DNA of 64,000 nt, from contig CM074804.1 in NCBI GenBank assembly GCA_037447605.1, positions 2,542,001 to 2,606,000 of the forward strand, written 5' to 3'. The notes under the pieces are model-generated. The model was given only the letters and a program-made list of their open reading frames with translations, did no database searches and had not been told where the DNA came from. The translations under genes and the position numbers were made by a program. This document shows, one piece after another, positions 9,670-35,669 of the stretch. The stretch is from Zygnema circumcarinatum SAG 698-1b. Its lineage: Eukaryota > Plantae > Zygnematophyceae. The stretch's first letter is position 1, and every line of letters begins with the position of its first letter.

Positions 9670-12199
9670 TCATTGTGACCGTGACGCCTCGTCGATTAGA
9701 GAGAGCGTGAGAGCTTTCGAGAGGCCCATCACGCTGTCCAAGGTCCCAACCTGCAAATATTTCAAACCCAAAATCGCAAAAAACTCAAAACCGCAGTGTA
9801 CGGTTCTGATTTAATTTACTCCAAGAGTTTTCTTTTTGATTTAATAACTCAGTTGCAGTCCAAAATCACTCGATCGACTACTTTTTTGTACAGTTGTGTG
9901 GCACTAAACGGGCCTTAGGGAATAGGCGCACCATGGATTCCACAAAGGGCGACACAAGAGGGTGCTCCACCATAAGGCCTCCGGCAGACTCGTATGTGTT
10001 GCTTTCCTGAACCTGTTTTCCCTTCTCCACGCAAAGAATAAAGAATGAAAAAACTGGAAGAAGTAGGGCAGAAGAAAGAGATGGAAAGGGAATATTGGAG
10101 AGTCTAGAAAAGAAAAGAATTCGCTCCATGTTTTCTTTTCCTGCTTGATTAAAGTAGGGGGGCGGAATGGCTCACCAACTTATCCACTACCTCATTCGGA
10201 AAAGGACGAAAGTAAACCTGCAAAGGGTAGGCTTCAGGAAGAAGTTTCAATAGTGAAGAAATTACAGAAAGGAAAGGGAGGAGGTGGGAGAGAGGGAGGG
10301 AGGGGGGGAGAGGGAGAGGGCGGGAGGGAGGGAGGAAAGGAGGAGAGGGGGAGGGGGAAGGGAGGAGGGAAGGGGGAAGAAGGGGAAGGCTGGGATGGGG
10401 AAAGGGGAGAGGGGGGAGGGAGAGAGGAGTTTGAACGGAAGGAGGCAGGAGGTGGGTGGGTGGGTGGGAGGGAGGGAGGGAGAGAGGAATAGAGAGTTCT
10501 TAATTGACATGTGCACGTCTTGCATTCTTCAATCTGAAGTTTCCTTTTTATTTGTTTTCTCTTACCTGCGTGGCATCCACCCCGCCTTTCCGAAATCCCG
10601 TTTTCAAATTTGTGACAAGAACCGCTCCGACTGTTCCGGGAGGAGATCTCGAGTATCCTGCGGGCCAATGAATGCGCGCCACCTGTCAGCCCGAGATTGC
10701 AGGATTTCAGTGGATTCGGGTGTCCAGATTTACAGATTTTAAGGGTTGACGAAGCCTTATTGCTCTATTTATAGAAGGGTGCTGGCTTTTGAAGCATTAT
10801 TTTTCTCGATAATATTTTCTTACTTCTTACCGCTAATAAACTCGCGGGCCTCAGCCTCGTCGCGTGGTTTTTCCAAAATTCGACCTTCGTGCACCACTAC
10901 CTAATTTTCATACACATGAAAAGAAACGGAAAACAGGAATAACATTCAAAATCTAATGAACCATCGCGAAGTATTCTTCAGGTTTTAAATAGAACCTGGA
11001 CGATGCTTGATAAGACAAGAAAAGAAAAATAAGAAATGCGATTAAAAGGAAAGTACTATGGAATGTATGTGGGTATTATTCATTTCTCTGTTCCTAAACA
11101 ACATTTTTTTTGCATGTAACCGTTCAGCTTCAAAGCCTCACCTGATCTGCTGTGATGAGAAGAACAGTTTCCGCATCGGCCGCTGAATTTTTTTCGTCGT
11201 CAGAAAAATACTTGGCTTGGATTGCTTCTGCCTGTTTTTTCCAATCATAAAAAAAGAAACAAAAGGAGTAATAAAAGATGAATATGAAATCAAAGGGGAA
11301 TGAGAAAGCAAACCGGGTATGCGAAGGAGTAGCTTACAGCAAAAAGTTCTGGGTTTGGAAAATTAGAGTGTATTTAAAAAAATGCTGGTCCTTTATTCTG
11401 ACAGAGAAGGTCTTGGGAAAAGTGACATTTTTGGGCACCTTCGCTTCCGCCAGAGCCATGACGAGGTCCTCCGCCCTCTCCCTCCGAATCGCACTCTCAT
11501 CAATTCCAGCTTTCTGTACACGTGCACAGAGGGAGGGAGGGAGGGGGGGGGGCAGTGTGTGAGAGAATGCAACAGTGAGAGACAGGGTGGGGGAAGCAAG
11601 AAGCGCGGGAAAAGTCGAGGGGGAGGAGTGGAGACGAATAGGACAGGGAGGGGGGGAGCGTGAAGTGTGTGTGAGAGAGAGAGGGAGAGAGAGACGAAGG
11701 AGAGCGAGAGAGAGAGCGATCGGGGAAAGGTGTTCAACCTTTATTTCAAATTCAAAGCCGAGTTCCGTTAAAATTTCACGCCGGGTCCGAGAGGCCGACC
11801 CCAAAACAATCTGCAGAGCGCGAGCCCTTCAAACTCAATGAACCGAAAACTCGCAAAAAAAAAAAAAATGAAAAATCCTTTACTGCTAAAAACTCGAAAA
11901 CCAAAAGAGACGCGGACCCGGATGAGCTAAACAGTTTTCTTTTCTTTTTTTCGCGAACAAACCGTAGTATCGAATAAGTTAATAGGCCATGAGCTCTAAA
12001 AATCATTATAGCTTAAAATTCACGAAAGCCACTGATCATGAACCCTAAGATTCCCCAACCCTAAAAAGCCCCTGAACCCCATAAAAGAGACCCTACAGAT
12101 TTTAGCAAGTGTTAAACCCCGCAGCGTGCCCGAGGCCGCCTCCTGACCCCCGCGGCCGTACGACCTCACCCGGGGTTGAGGGGGCGCAGGGAGGCTCAT
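9670..12199 (-). CDS. Maf-like nucleoside triphosphate pyrophosphatase (plant type), 9 exons, ~210 aa
   Basis: Spliced: MSLPAPPQPR|IVLGSASRTRREILTELGFEFEIK|KAGIDESAIRRERAEDLVMALAEAK|AEAIQAK...LLITADQ|VVVHEGRILEKPRDEAEAREFIS|GYSRSPPGTVGAVLVTNLKTGFRKGGVDATQ|VYFRPFPNEVVDKL|VQESNTYESAGGLMVEHPLVSPFVESM|VGTLDSVMGLSKALTLSLIDEASRSQ*. All junctions are GT-AG and in phase. Confidence 0.93.
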
Positions 12200-12980
12200 T
12201 CTCGCCGCTGACGGTCGCTGCCACGTGGCGCGCTGGGGTGGGCAAAGAGGATGCGCGAGAGCCACGTGGCGGGGTGAAATGAGGCCACGTAAGCCCGCTG
12301 CCAGCATGTCTCCCGGCCTTTCTCAACGTCTCAGCATTCGACACGTGTCCGCGCGGACGGTGGAACCACTCGGAAGAGCGCACGTGGACTCCCTGTGCCG
12401 TGACGAGGCTCGCGGCGGAGGGGACACGTGGCACCCGGTGCGGCCATGGCGCATGGACTCATGGCGGGATGGGCATGGCATGGCATGGCATGGCATGGCA
12501 TGGCATGGCATGGCATGGCGTGGTATGGCATGGCATCAACACAGGAAGGTGCGCCGGCAGGTCCGTACGCATGAGCGCGGCTGGTCCGTACATACAGTCT
12601 TGTAGAGGAGTATCGCGCACCGTATGTTCAGGGCAGCATTTGTCTTTAAGAAGTACGAATTTAGGAAGAAGCCTGTGTGCCCAAAGCGCCGCGCGCTCGC
12701 TCGCTGGATTTGGATAGTTTCGCCTTGTCGGCCGTCCCGTCCAGTTCAGAAGCAGTACACGTGCAACACGTTGAATGCAAAGTACTAATTTTGTTTTAAG
12801 ATAATATCGTCCAAGTTTCAGATTCAGATTCTCGAATTGAAAAATGAAATTGGTTTTTCTCATCTAATAAAGTCACCCACTTAAGTAATAACCCCTTATA
12901 AAGTCACTTCACTTTCCTTCGCCTCCCCCATCCGCAGGCCCCGTCTCCCGCCTCCCTCTCTCCCTGCAGACCGCGCAGCC
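12200..12980. promoter_or_regulatory. Bidirectional promoter region (Maf / EttA) with a G-box cluster
   Basis: ~780 bp between divergent ATGs. At least six CACGTG G-box cores (e.g. ~12222, 12263, 12342, 12381, 12425, 12758) plus CCGTAC motifs. Confidence 0.6.
12472..12536. repeat. (GGCAT)n pentamer microsatellite
   Basis: About 13 tandem GGCAT units, a few degenerate. Confidence 0.95.
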
Positions 12981-19542
<6,562 letters not shown>

Positions 19543-20443
19543 TAGGGATGGGAGGGGGGGGGGGTTCTATGCGTTGCACGGTAACTGAATGCAGTCGCAG
19601 TTAAGAAGGACTAGAAGGGAGGGAAATTGTAGCGTTAGGTTTTCAGTGTCTCGACCTTTCTAATTTTTTATGTAAAGAGTGTACATATGCGTGGGGTCTG
19701 TCGTTTCTGCACGGTCTTGTGGTTTGTAGGTTTTTATTTTCTTGTTCTGAGCTTTCCCCATAGAAAATCATTGAACAGTGTTGCCCGTTCACAGAGAGAG
19801 AGAGAGAGTTGAAAATTTTACTGCATTTAGGCCTCGCTGCCGTACAAAACCGATAAGAAGTTACATTATCATTTATCACTGCTTCTCTTACACCACGGAA
19901 TTAACGGAAAGTCAAACATGATGGGCAGTGGGAGCCAGCAGTGTGCAACACGTGGCGAGAGTGAAGCGGGGAGAGGCGCGATCACGCATGACTGCACGTT
20001 GAACCGTTGACATCAACCATTGGAATTAGGGCACACGTGGACCTGCAAATGAGGGCATGGCCCCATGCCCGCGTGCATTGCCCCTTGTTCACATATATGT
20101 GCTGACGTCAGCAAGGCGCAGAAGCCCAAAGAAAAATTCAGGGATTCAAAACGGAGAAGTTTTGAGCCTTGTTGGGAGAGGCAGTCTCTTCGAGACACGT
20201 GTGGCGCCGCTGTGCAGCCACGTGCACTGCTTCCTTTCCATTCAAAGCCTCCATTACAATTCAGCAAATCCTGTACTCCACCTTGTGCGCATCTATTCCT
20301 CTACACGACGGGCGACTCTCCTCTCATACCGCCCGCCCATTATAAACAAAGAACAAATAAAAAAACAGACATTTCAACAAAGAAAGAAATAAATAAGAAC
20401 CCAAAAATTAGGGGGAAAGGGTGTGGTCCAACCCCTTTCTGCC

Positions 20444-27124
<6,681 letters not shown>

Positions 27125-28432
27125 GTCCGCAGCGTCCTCCTCTTGCAGGAAAAAAATAATTATAATTTATTTCCAAATTATAATGCCTTTAACTCTCCCC
27201 AAGATTCAGATCAGCAGCAACATGAAGCTTTCGGCAGATTATTTCCGGAAGGGTTCCATGCGAGCCTGACCTCCATAAACCACCAACTTTAAAAAAAAAA
27301 AAAATGCAGAATATAACCAGTCTTGCGCGATAGTGATCAAAATATTAAAGCCCACAAATGGGTCTGAAAAAAAAAGAAAAATTACGGAAAAAATGGGCTC
27401 TGGGGCTCTATGGGGCGCCTACTGAAAGCTCTCCGGATGCGAGGCTCCCTAAAGTGAAAAATGAAACTTTCTGACGTCATGTCAACGTCAGTGGAGGGTA
27501 CGACCGCGCCCGGATTTCAGCCGGCCAGGGAGTTGACCCAAAAACAAAAAAAAAAATAGAAAGGTCGCGCGATTTAGCGAATGGGCTGCATCCACGTGGC
27601 ACACCGTTACTGGTGAAAATATCACTAAGCAATTTTTGTGTTGAACCTGCAAACCTTGCGAAACGCGGAGAAATGTTTCAGGCCTGCTCGAGACTACCAG
27701 GTGGCGCGCTGATATTGGTTGGTCAGCTGGCCTGCAGGAGAGCTGCCTGCCGATTGGCTGTTGTAGCGGCTCAAAAACTTTTGACCCCCGGTTTGCAACT
27801 CCGCCCGAAAGCCGCAAACCCGGTTTGCCCTGAAACCGCCCCGCGCCGTAACGGTGGGCTCATGGCGCGGGGCCCTGGGCTGCAGAAAGGACAAAAAGGC
27901 AGGAGTCATTCGTACGGAGGCCATCTGTCCTTTTATTTCCGACAAACTGCCTTGACCCAACGACATGGGACAAGTAGGGACGACAGTGAAGGGTACGGTA
28001 CGGCTGTAGGCCGTACATGTATGGACTTTATGGACTTGTAGTACGACAAACTGTACGGTCGGGCTCGATGATCCTGCATTTATGACGCACCAATCAGAGC
28101 GTGCCTGGTGGACCAATGTCACCACGTGGAAATCCGTGATTCGTTCCTTTGATCCGGCGTACGGTATAAGTCCGTGAGTGTCGTTTTGTGCCACCAAGTG
28201 CATGTGTTCAGACGGGGACACATAACGACATTCCATCGATTTCCGCTCACACTGAATTTTCCGCGTTCACATTAGGAACTGGATCCCCCCTCCGTTCCGC
28301 CGCTTAGACCATTGCCTGGCACGTGCGGCCTCCTGCCGCCCGGGCCGCCTTCCACGTAGCGCCTCGCTGGTACGGTCCCCATCCTGTCTCCGTTCGCCAC
28401 GTGTCGCCAAAAAGCGTCCACCACGTGGCATC

Positions 28433-31400
28433 ATGAAGCGGTTTTTCCAGCCTCTCCCCCGCGACCCTTCCCGGCAGAAGCTCTCCCGCCGCCACGTGGC
28501 TGCCCCTGGGGAGGTCACCGAGTCTGAAATTAGGGTTTGGGAGGAGGAGGCCGTACGGACTCCCCGGTTTCCAGGAAGCCCCCCTCCCCCGGGAAGAGAC
28601 GGGGCGCCTCGGCGCTACATGTCGTGGAACGCGAACAGTTTGCTGCTCCGTTTGACGCGCAACGGAGGGGAGTTTTGGGAGTTTGTGCGGCGGGTCGACC
28701 CCGATGTCATCGCGATTCAGGTGGGGGAAAATTCTGAGCTTGGGCTCTCGTTGGGTTTCTTAGGGGGGGATTTGCAGGTTTGGGTTTTGGGGTTTTGGGT
28801 TTGGGTCTTTGGCGGTTTTCAGAAAGTTCGGCTGTGGGGGTTTTTTTTTTTTCTTCTTAAATAAGTTACTTTTTTACCCTAAACGAAAAAGCAGTCATGT
28901 TTTGTGTTGAGTTTAACTTAATCAAAACCCGCTATTCCTGAACCCTCCAGAGCGTCAAAACTATTAATCAAAACTTTCAAGCCTCACCATTTTAAAGATC
29001 CACACAACCCTAAGCCTTTAATCTGCTCCATTCTGGAATATTTGAAGACCGTTGATCTTAAAAACTCGAAGGCAGTCAGCCCCTCAAGCTCTTTTAAGAA
29101 AAGTATTTCTCGGACCATGCCCTCCATTTCCACTCTCCCTTCCTTTTCCACCTTTCTTCCTCTCCCAATATTGCGGAGATATTGTATGGCCTTATCGTCC
29201 CAAATTTCTCGAAGTTAACAATTGTTGACCACAATGATGACTTGACTCGACTCTCGGGTCTCTTCCTTCCTTCCCTCCACGCCAGGCCCCTTTTTTTTTT
29301 TTTCTGCCCATGACGCCGTTCTCCCCATTTTTCAGGAAGTTCGTATGCCGGCTGCGGGGCGGAAAGGAGAGTCGAAAAGTCCGACGGAATTTAAAAATGA
29401 CACAAATGCTGCGCGAGCTGAAAAGCAGGTCTAATTTTATTTCTTCTCTCCTCCTTTAGTCCTTCTCCCTCTACCATCATCCCTTACATGATGATGTCGG
29501 TGACGATGTTGATGTCGGTCATGGTGATGAGGTCATGATGATGATGTCATGTTCATGTGGACGATGATCTCATCATCATGTTGGCGATGGTGATGATGTC
29601 AGGATGATGTTAGGATGATGTCAGGATGATGATGATGTCGACATGTTCAAACTGCTGTGCATCCATAACATATGGCAAAGTGATGTATGACGAGTATGTT
29701 GGAGGGAGCAGGTCATCATGCAGGCCCTCAGCAGTCCCCCCCTCTTTGAATATCGAGTTTGGTGGTCACTCGCGGAATCCAAGTATGGAGGAGTGGCGCT
29801 TTTTGTGAAAAAGAAATTTTCCCCTCTGTCCGTGAAATACAACTTAAATCACGACACAGATTCTAAATCAGGTGTTACTTTTCATCCAAAAATATCATTG
29901 CATACATACTATTGTGTTTCCTCATTGATACCTTATTTGAAAAAAATTGAAGATCGACATTAAAATATGTTTTGTGGATTGAAAGGACGGAATTCCCACG
30001 AGGCGGACGGACGCGTAATATTACTAGAATTTTCAGATTTACGGATACTGAATACCTATGTTCCGAATAACGGATGGAGAGACGATGCCAACGGATTTCA
30101 ACGGAGGCGGGAATGGGACCACAGAGTGCGGGAGTTTCTCAAACCGCTACGCGACAAACCGTTCATTTGGTGTGGCGATCTCAATGTGAGGTACGGGTGG
30201 CTACTAATCTTCCTCTTGTCTCGGCTTATTTTGTTTACTTTATATTTATATTATTATTATATTATTTTTATTTTTTTGGTTTTCCAAAGCATTCGTATTC
30301 TGAATTTTAGAAAGATTTTTTATGGGGTGCCAGTCACAAAGATGATGACGTCAGCGACCCTGAATTCTTTAGAAATGCGAAGCAAGCGGGCTACGTTCCG
30401 GATGACTCTCAGGTCTCCTCTCTCTCCCTCCCTCCTCCGTCCTGCCCTCTCCCTCTCTGTCTCTCTCTCTCCCCTCTCACTCGTCCCCTCACTTTGCCCT
30501 GTTTCCAGCTCGTCCGTTCTCCTTTTGCTCCTTTTAGATTTGACAGACTCAGGCGCATTCCCAACCACCCACCCCCCCCCGGTTTTTTTTTTTTTCTGGG
30601 CACTTCCTCCTTTCTTTTTGGGCAGTCTCTGATCCTTTCCGTTGTTTCTTCCTTTTTGTCGTTTCGTTCCCGGGCTGCTTCGGTTTCAAACAGGATCGGG
30701 GGCAGCCCGGATTCACCGCAAATGAGCAAAAGCGGTTTACCGAAATTCTTTCAGAGTAGGTTTTTCCAACGCACAGAAACCGCTATTATAAGTTAATTAG
30801 GAAATAACAAGAGTTTGAACTTTTTATTTTTTCCTTTAGTCCCGTATGTAACTCAACCATTTCCGTCATTTTTTTTTTTCATTTCTTTTTCTACTGTTGC
30901 TCCAGGGGTTCTTTTATAGATACTTATCGATATCTTCACCCACAAAAGGACGTGGAACGGGGGTTTACGTGGTCGGGTCATCCCTTAGGCAAGTAAGGCC
31001 CCTATGCCGAGCATTTATGTACCNNNNNNNNNNTCTCCCTCTCCCTCTCCCTCTCACGCTCCCTCTCTCCCTCTCCCTCTCCCTCTCCCTCTCCCTCTCC
31101 CTCTGCCTTTTTTTGGGGGGGGAGGGGGAAGGACGGCTGGTGTTTCCACGGATACTGGTGCTGTTTATGGAGTTGTCTTAAAATGTCATTTTCCTGAAAT
31201 GAACTTACGGAAATGGGTGTCGTGGAGACAGGGTTTTTGGGAAGCGACCACTGCCCGATTACCATGGAACTCGGACCCCCGCCAACTGCTGTACGGAACA
31301 CGCTGAACATGGAACCCGCGGCAGCAGTTGAGCCGGCGGCGGAGGGAGAGCCGAAGGAGGAGGGCATGGAACGGCGAGAGGAAGCCAACTCGAGGGAGTC

Positions 31401-31479
31401 AACGGAGTCCATTAAATCAGAAAGTGATGATGCCGAGTTGACTAAGTGCGTTTCTGGAGGAGAGTTTTTCCGTTTGTGA
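28433..31479 (+). CDS. APE1L: AP endonuclease APE1L (ExoIII/Xth family); one exon missing from the assembly
   Basis: MKRFFQP...YMSWNANSLLLR...DPDVIAIQ|EVRMPAAG...|YRVWWSLAESKYGGVAL|DGRVILLEF...NTYVPNNGW...KPFIWCGDLNV|SH...|DRGQPGFT|IDTYRYLH...GFTWSGHPLGK|[gap 31024-31033]|GFLGSDHCPITMEL. Collinear with Arabidopsis APE1L as recalled. Confidence 0.95.
29487..29645 (+). repeat. Degenerate (GAT)n trinucleotide array in APE1L intron 2
   Basis: GATGATGTC, GATGATGAT and ATCATCATG units. Confidence 0.85.
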
Positions 31480-32276
31480 TGTCACAATTTTTGTACATAT
31501 TTCCATTGTCTAGGTGCATGGTACCCAACCTCACGAGAAAACCTTAAACTTAAAATGAGGTCAAAACCTCAAAAAATGTACTTTTTGAATTGAGAGGGGA
31601 AGAAAATCAGAATATTTTTTTGTTTTCTTTGTTTACGTCGTCTTTTTCACTCTGTTTTGGCGTGACGTCAGCGACCGGTCGACGTACGGGAAAGGAGTGA
31701 CAGGCCGCAACCAAGTCGGTCGTACGGTCAAGAACCGACGGTCGCGACGGACTGCAAACGGTCGACGGATGACGCTTTCTGTCGTCGACGTAAGCAATCG
31801 GTTCGGCATTGGCCCTGATTGGCGGCCATGTTGCGCCAGAACCGTACGGATAGCAATCGTACGGTATTCCGTCCGTCAGGTCAATCCTCGGCTGTACGAA
31901 CATTCCGTGCAAGCCGTCGCGGTTGTTCGAAACGACAAAACTCGCGTCCTATGCTGCCCGAAATTCCCTAACGACCTCCAAAAATCAGAAATACGGTAGC
32001 GGGTACGCGCACTCCACACGCGCTGGTCCGTACCGGTCCCTCCCTGGTCCCCCGCCTCCCCCGCCAAGCCCCCAAGGCAAAGCGAGTACGGGAACAACCG
32101 GTCCCGTCGCGGAGCAGCGGAGGTTCGGGTCCCCAGATCGTATGCATCGGACGGTCAGCAGTGGGCCGGGGACCTGGCGGGGACCGAGCGGGGACCGGGC
32201 GGGGTCTGCGGCGCTCTGGCGCGCAGCTGGAGCCGGCGGGGGCATTTCAGGCAAAAACCCGCTCAGATTCGCCGGC

Positions 32277-32343
32277 GTCGCCCGTCGCCTGTCGCCCGTC
32301 GCCTGTCGCCCGTCGCCTGTCGCCCGTCGCCTGTCGCCCGTCG
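32277..32343. repeat. 14-bp minisatellite (GTCGCCCGTCGCCT) x ~4.8
   Basis: Directly visible perfect tandem copies. Confidence 0.95.
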
Positions 32344-33256
32344 GCGGCATGCTTTCTTTTCGTTTCGGCTTCCAATGGAGGCAAGTTTCGCCGGTCAATG
32401 CCGATACGCCGGCGGTCTGACGATATGTCGAAGCGGACCCCAAACGACAAGCCAGGCCCCTCCCAGCCCTCCGCCTGATTAGACGGCGAGGGCGAGCTCT
32501 TTTGTCCTGCCCGGGATGGCGTACGGACAGGGTACTGTAGTCGTGACTACCGTACGGGCAGTCTGCGTGACGACAAACATTCCAAGTCCCTAGGGTCACT
32601 TTGGTACGGTCCCGCATGGACTTTTGGACCCCCAGCTTTTGCCGCCCTTCAGGTAGCCGTACACCATATGTACGGACGGGCCGGGATGCGGCCGTACGCC
32701 CGCTCGGCGTTGTCGGGTTGTTGCCTTCTGGTGCTATGTACGGCCGCGGGAGGTTCTGAGAGTTTGTCGTTTAGCGCAACCTGAATCCAATAGAACGATG
32801 ACAGGCGTCCGTACGGACGGGGCGAGGGCGCAGCGAAGCTTACGTGGCAGCAGGCAACAAGCCGGCGGGGAGGCCCGGGGGGAGGGGCAACTGCCGGGGG
32901 AAGTGGGAGAGGGAGAGGGAGTGGGAGAGGAAGGGCAGGGCAGAGGAGGGGCAGGGCAGAGGAGAGGGGATCGAAGTGGAGGGAGGGAAAAGGGGAGAGG
33001 AGAGTGAGAGGCAGAGGGAGGGGATATAGGAGAGGGGAGAGGGAGGGAGAGGGAGAGAAGAGGGGAGAGAGAGGCAGAGGGAGGGGCGAGGGGAGAGAGT
33101 GGCAGAGAGAGGGGAGAGTGGAGAGAGTGGCAGAGAGAGGAGAGAGTGGAGAGAGAGGCAGAGGGAGGGGATAGGGGAGAGGGGAGAGGGAGGTGGACAG
33201 TGAGGAGGGAGGCAGAGTGGTGGAGAGAAAAGGGAAAAGAGTGGGAGGGAGAGACC

Positions 33257-35669
33257 ATGAACTCGAGAGAGACATTTGGGAGAGTACGCTTCTGTATTGT
33301 TTTTCTCGTCACAGTAAGAGTGGTGGAGGGGGTTCGACCTTCCGCGAGTTTTGAAGGCGGGAAAAAACCGGAAGTTATCACAAATTTGGGCCTCGAGAAT
33401 GAGGGGAGGAGGCTTCTTGACTCGTCTGGGATTGCTCTGGCGGATGAGGAGCGGTAAGAAGAGGGATCAAAGGGAGAGGGAGAGGGAGAGGGAGAGGAGG
33501 ATGCGACAGGTAACAGGGGCGGATCCGGGATTCTAGTTCAGGGGGGACTAACCAACGAGTTGGGAAAAAAAAAATGAAATTCGAGTGTGTGTATTTCTGC
33601 TGGTCAACCTTCAAAGGCGATCAGTGGCTTACGGCTTTTCAAAATCTGAAGGGAGGTTAACAGTTAAAGAGAGAGGGAGATAGAGGACAATGGAGGAGAG
33701 ACAGGTGGACGGAGAGAGGGAGGGCAAGAGAAGCGGAGAGGACTGTGATAGAGGCAGAGAGAGGTGAAAGGGAAAAAAAGGGTGTGGTGAACAGGAATTG
33801 AATTTATAGCAGTTACCTTTTCATTGATGCGTTGCTTCATTTCTTACCAAATTGCCATTCTTTCCGCTTTTTTAAACGCCTTCCTTTGTTCCCGATTGTA
33901 GCATTTTCTTTTCTATTTTCTACATCTTATCGTTCTTTATGCCCACCTTATTCCTTGATTAAGGAATCTGTTAACTTATTCATTGGTTCATGTGTTCATT
34001 CATTCACTACTTTCTTTTTGTCACAGTTTCAAATGCGGCTCCGATCTATATAAAAACGACACGGCCGTAGCGTACAACTTGTCCGGAAACTGGACATGGA
34101 AACCCTCTCCCGATAAGTTCCTCATGTTGCACTGCGCCTACGGCAGGGTGAGTGGAACTCTTTCATCTGAACCCTTCAAAACCCCACACCCAAAACCACC
34201 AAACTTAACCTTCCCATGAAAAACACGTTGAAAAAAAGGTTGAATTCCAGGAAACACACTTCAAGCGCTTTTCGCCCTCAGAATTCTTGAAATTTGAGCA
34301 TGTCATTATCCCGCAGCCACTCTACCGCGTTTCCATTGAGAAGTGAACGATGAATGTGTGAAAATGGGATGAGTCACAAGTCCGTAAATTCCCGATGGTG
34401 CTGAATTCCCGATGATGCTTAATACCATTGTTTATTATATTTTGCTGCGATGTTTGTTGGTCGATTCAGATCAGCAACCGCATCATGTGTTTCCGCAACG
34501 CGGTCTCCATCGCGGGCCTTTTGAACCGCACGCTGCTCGTCATCATGGACTCCAGCGAGATCGCACGGCACTTCGACCGCCACGTGGCGTTCGACATAGA
34601 TCACGTCCGTTCGTGCTACGGGGAGAACACCGTCATGAGTACGGACGAGTACAGGGAACGGTACGGACAGGTCGAGATTGACCAGATCATATGCTGGAAC
34701 GAGAAGGGATGCCCCGTGAAGGATTTCACCGAACCCGTCGAAAATTATTTTAGAGAATGGAAATCGATAAGGTTCGCCGCCGGGATGAAAGCCGAGCTTC
34801 CGGAGATGCATGCATGGGGTCGGTCTATAGATCAGCTCACACAGGTCTTCGGGAACGCTACGGGCAGAATTTTATACATTGGCGAATTTTATTTTAATAC
34901 AGTTAGGGACCGCAGAATCAAGCCGGGGGATGTGCCCTTGAAGAGGGGGAAAAAGTGTTCGTCAAGGCTGGCGGTGCAGCCTGACGGCTCCCTTTTTGAG
35001 GCGGCAAAAATTTATGTGAAGGAAACTTTCAGAAGTGAACCTTTCATGTCGGTGCATCTCCGAAGAGACGATTTTCAAAGATTTTGTGGAAAGGAGCCGG
35101 GCGGATGCTATTGGCCGATTTCACAAGTGATCTTCTGCTTGCAGCAGAAATTGGAAAGTTTTGGATTAAAAAATCTGTTTTTGGCGACAAACACAAACGC
35201 GCAAGAGGTAAGCGAAGCATGTCAGGAGAAGTCTCAAATATCATTTTTCCTAGTCAAATATTTATTGAACAACTTCCTGTAATATAAAAATAAATTTGAG
35301 CCTCACGCACTTCTATGTTTCATTAATGATGGGCTAATTAGGGTTTTTTTTTTTTTTGCTTTTTGGTTTATTTTTGGGCAGCTTGGCCAACTGAAGAGGG
35401 AGTTGGAATCCGTGGGAGTACAAATTGCACAATTGGACCTACGAGAAGGGGAGACTCCCCATTGGATGAACCCCATTCTGAAGGCGAATTTGACTGCAGA
35501 TGGACTCGTTCGAGCAGAACTGGATAAAATAATTTGCATGCATGGAACCGTTTTCGCTGGTACGCGAAAATCGACATTTACGTCTGACATTGAACGGTTG
35601 AGATATGGGTTTGGAACGGGGGATTGCAGAGACTCCTTTTTGTGTGAAAACGTCTCCCCAAGGGATTAG
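33257..35669 (+). CDS. GDP-fucose O-fucosyltransferase-family protein (At5g50420-like), 4 exons, ~447 aa
   Basis: Exons 33257-33453, 34027-34147, 34470-35207, 35382-35669. N-terminal hydrophobic anchor; WKPSPDKFLMLHCAYGRISNRIMC...AGLLNRTL; FMSVHLRRDDF; LFLATN; LDKIICMHGTVFAGTRKSTFTSDIERLR...DSFLC. Confidence 0.9.
33514..33548 (+). mobile_element. Solo hAT-like terminus in O-FucT intron 1
   Basis: CAGGGGCGGATCCGGGATT...CAGGGGGG resembles the CAGGGGCGGATCC termini of non-autonomous hAT elements. No partner end was found. Confidence 0.3.

Noticed and set aside
31985-32617. 210-aa ORF starting ...VTLGTWNV, like an endonuclease motif
   Set aside because: No further APE motifs; the ORF runs through a GC-rich minisatellite and has open overlapping frames on both strands.
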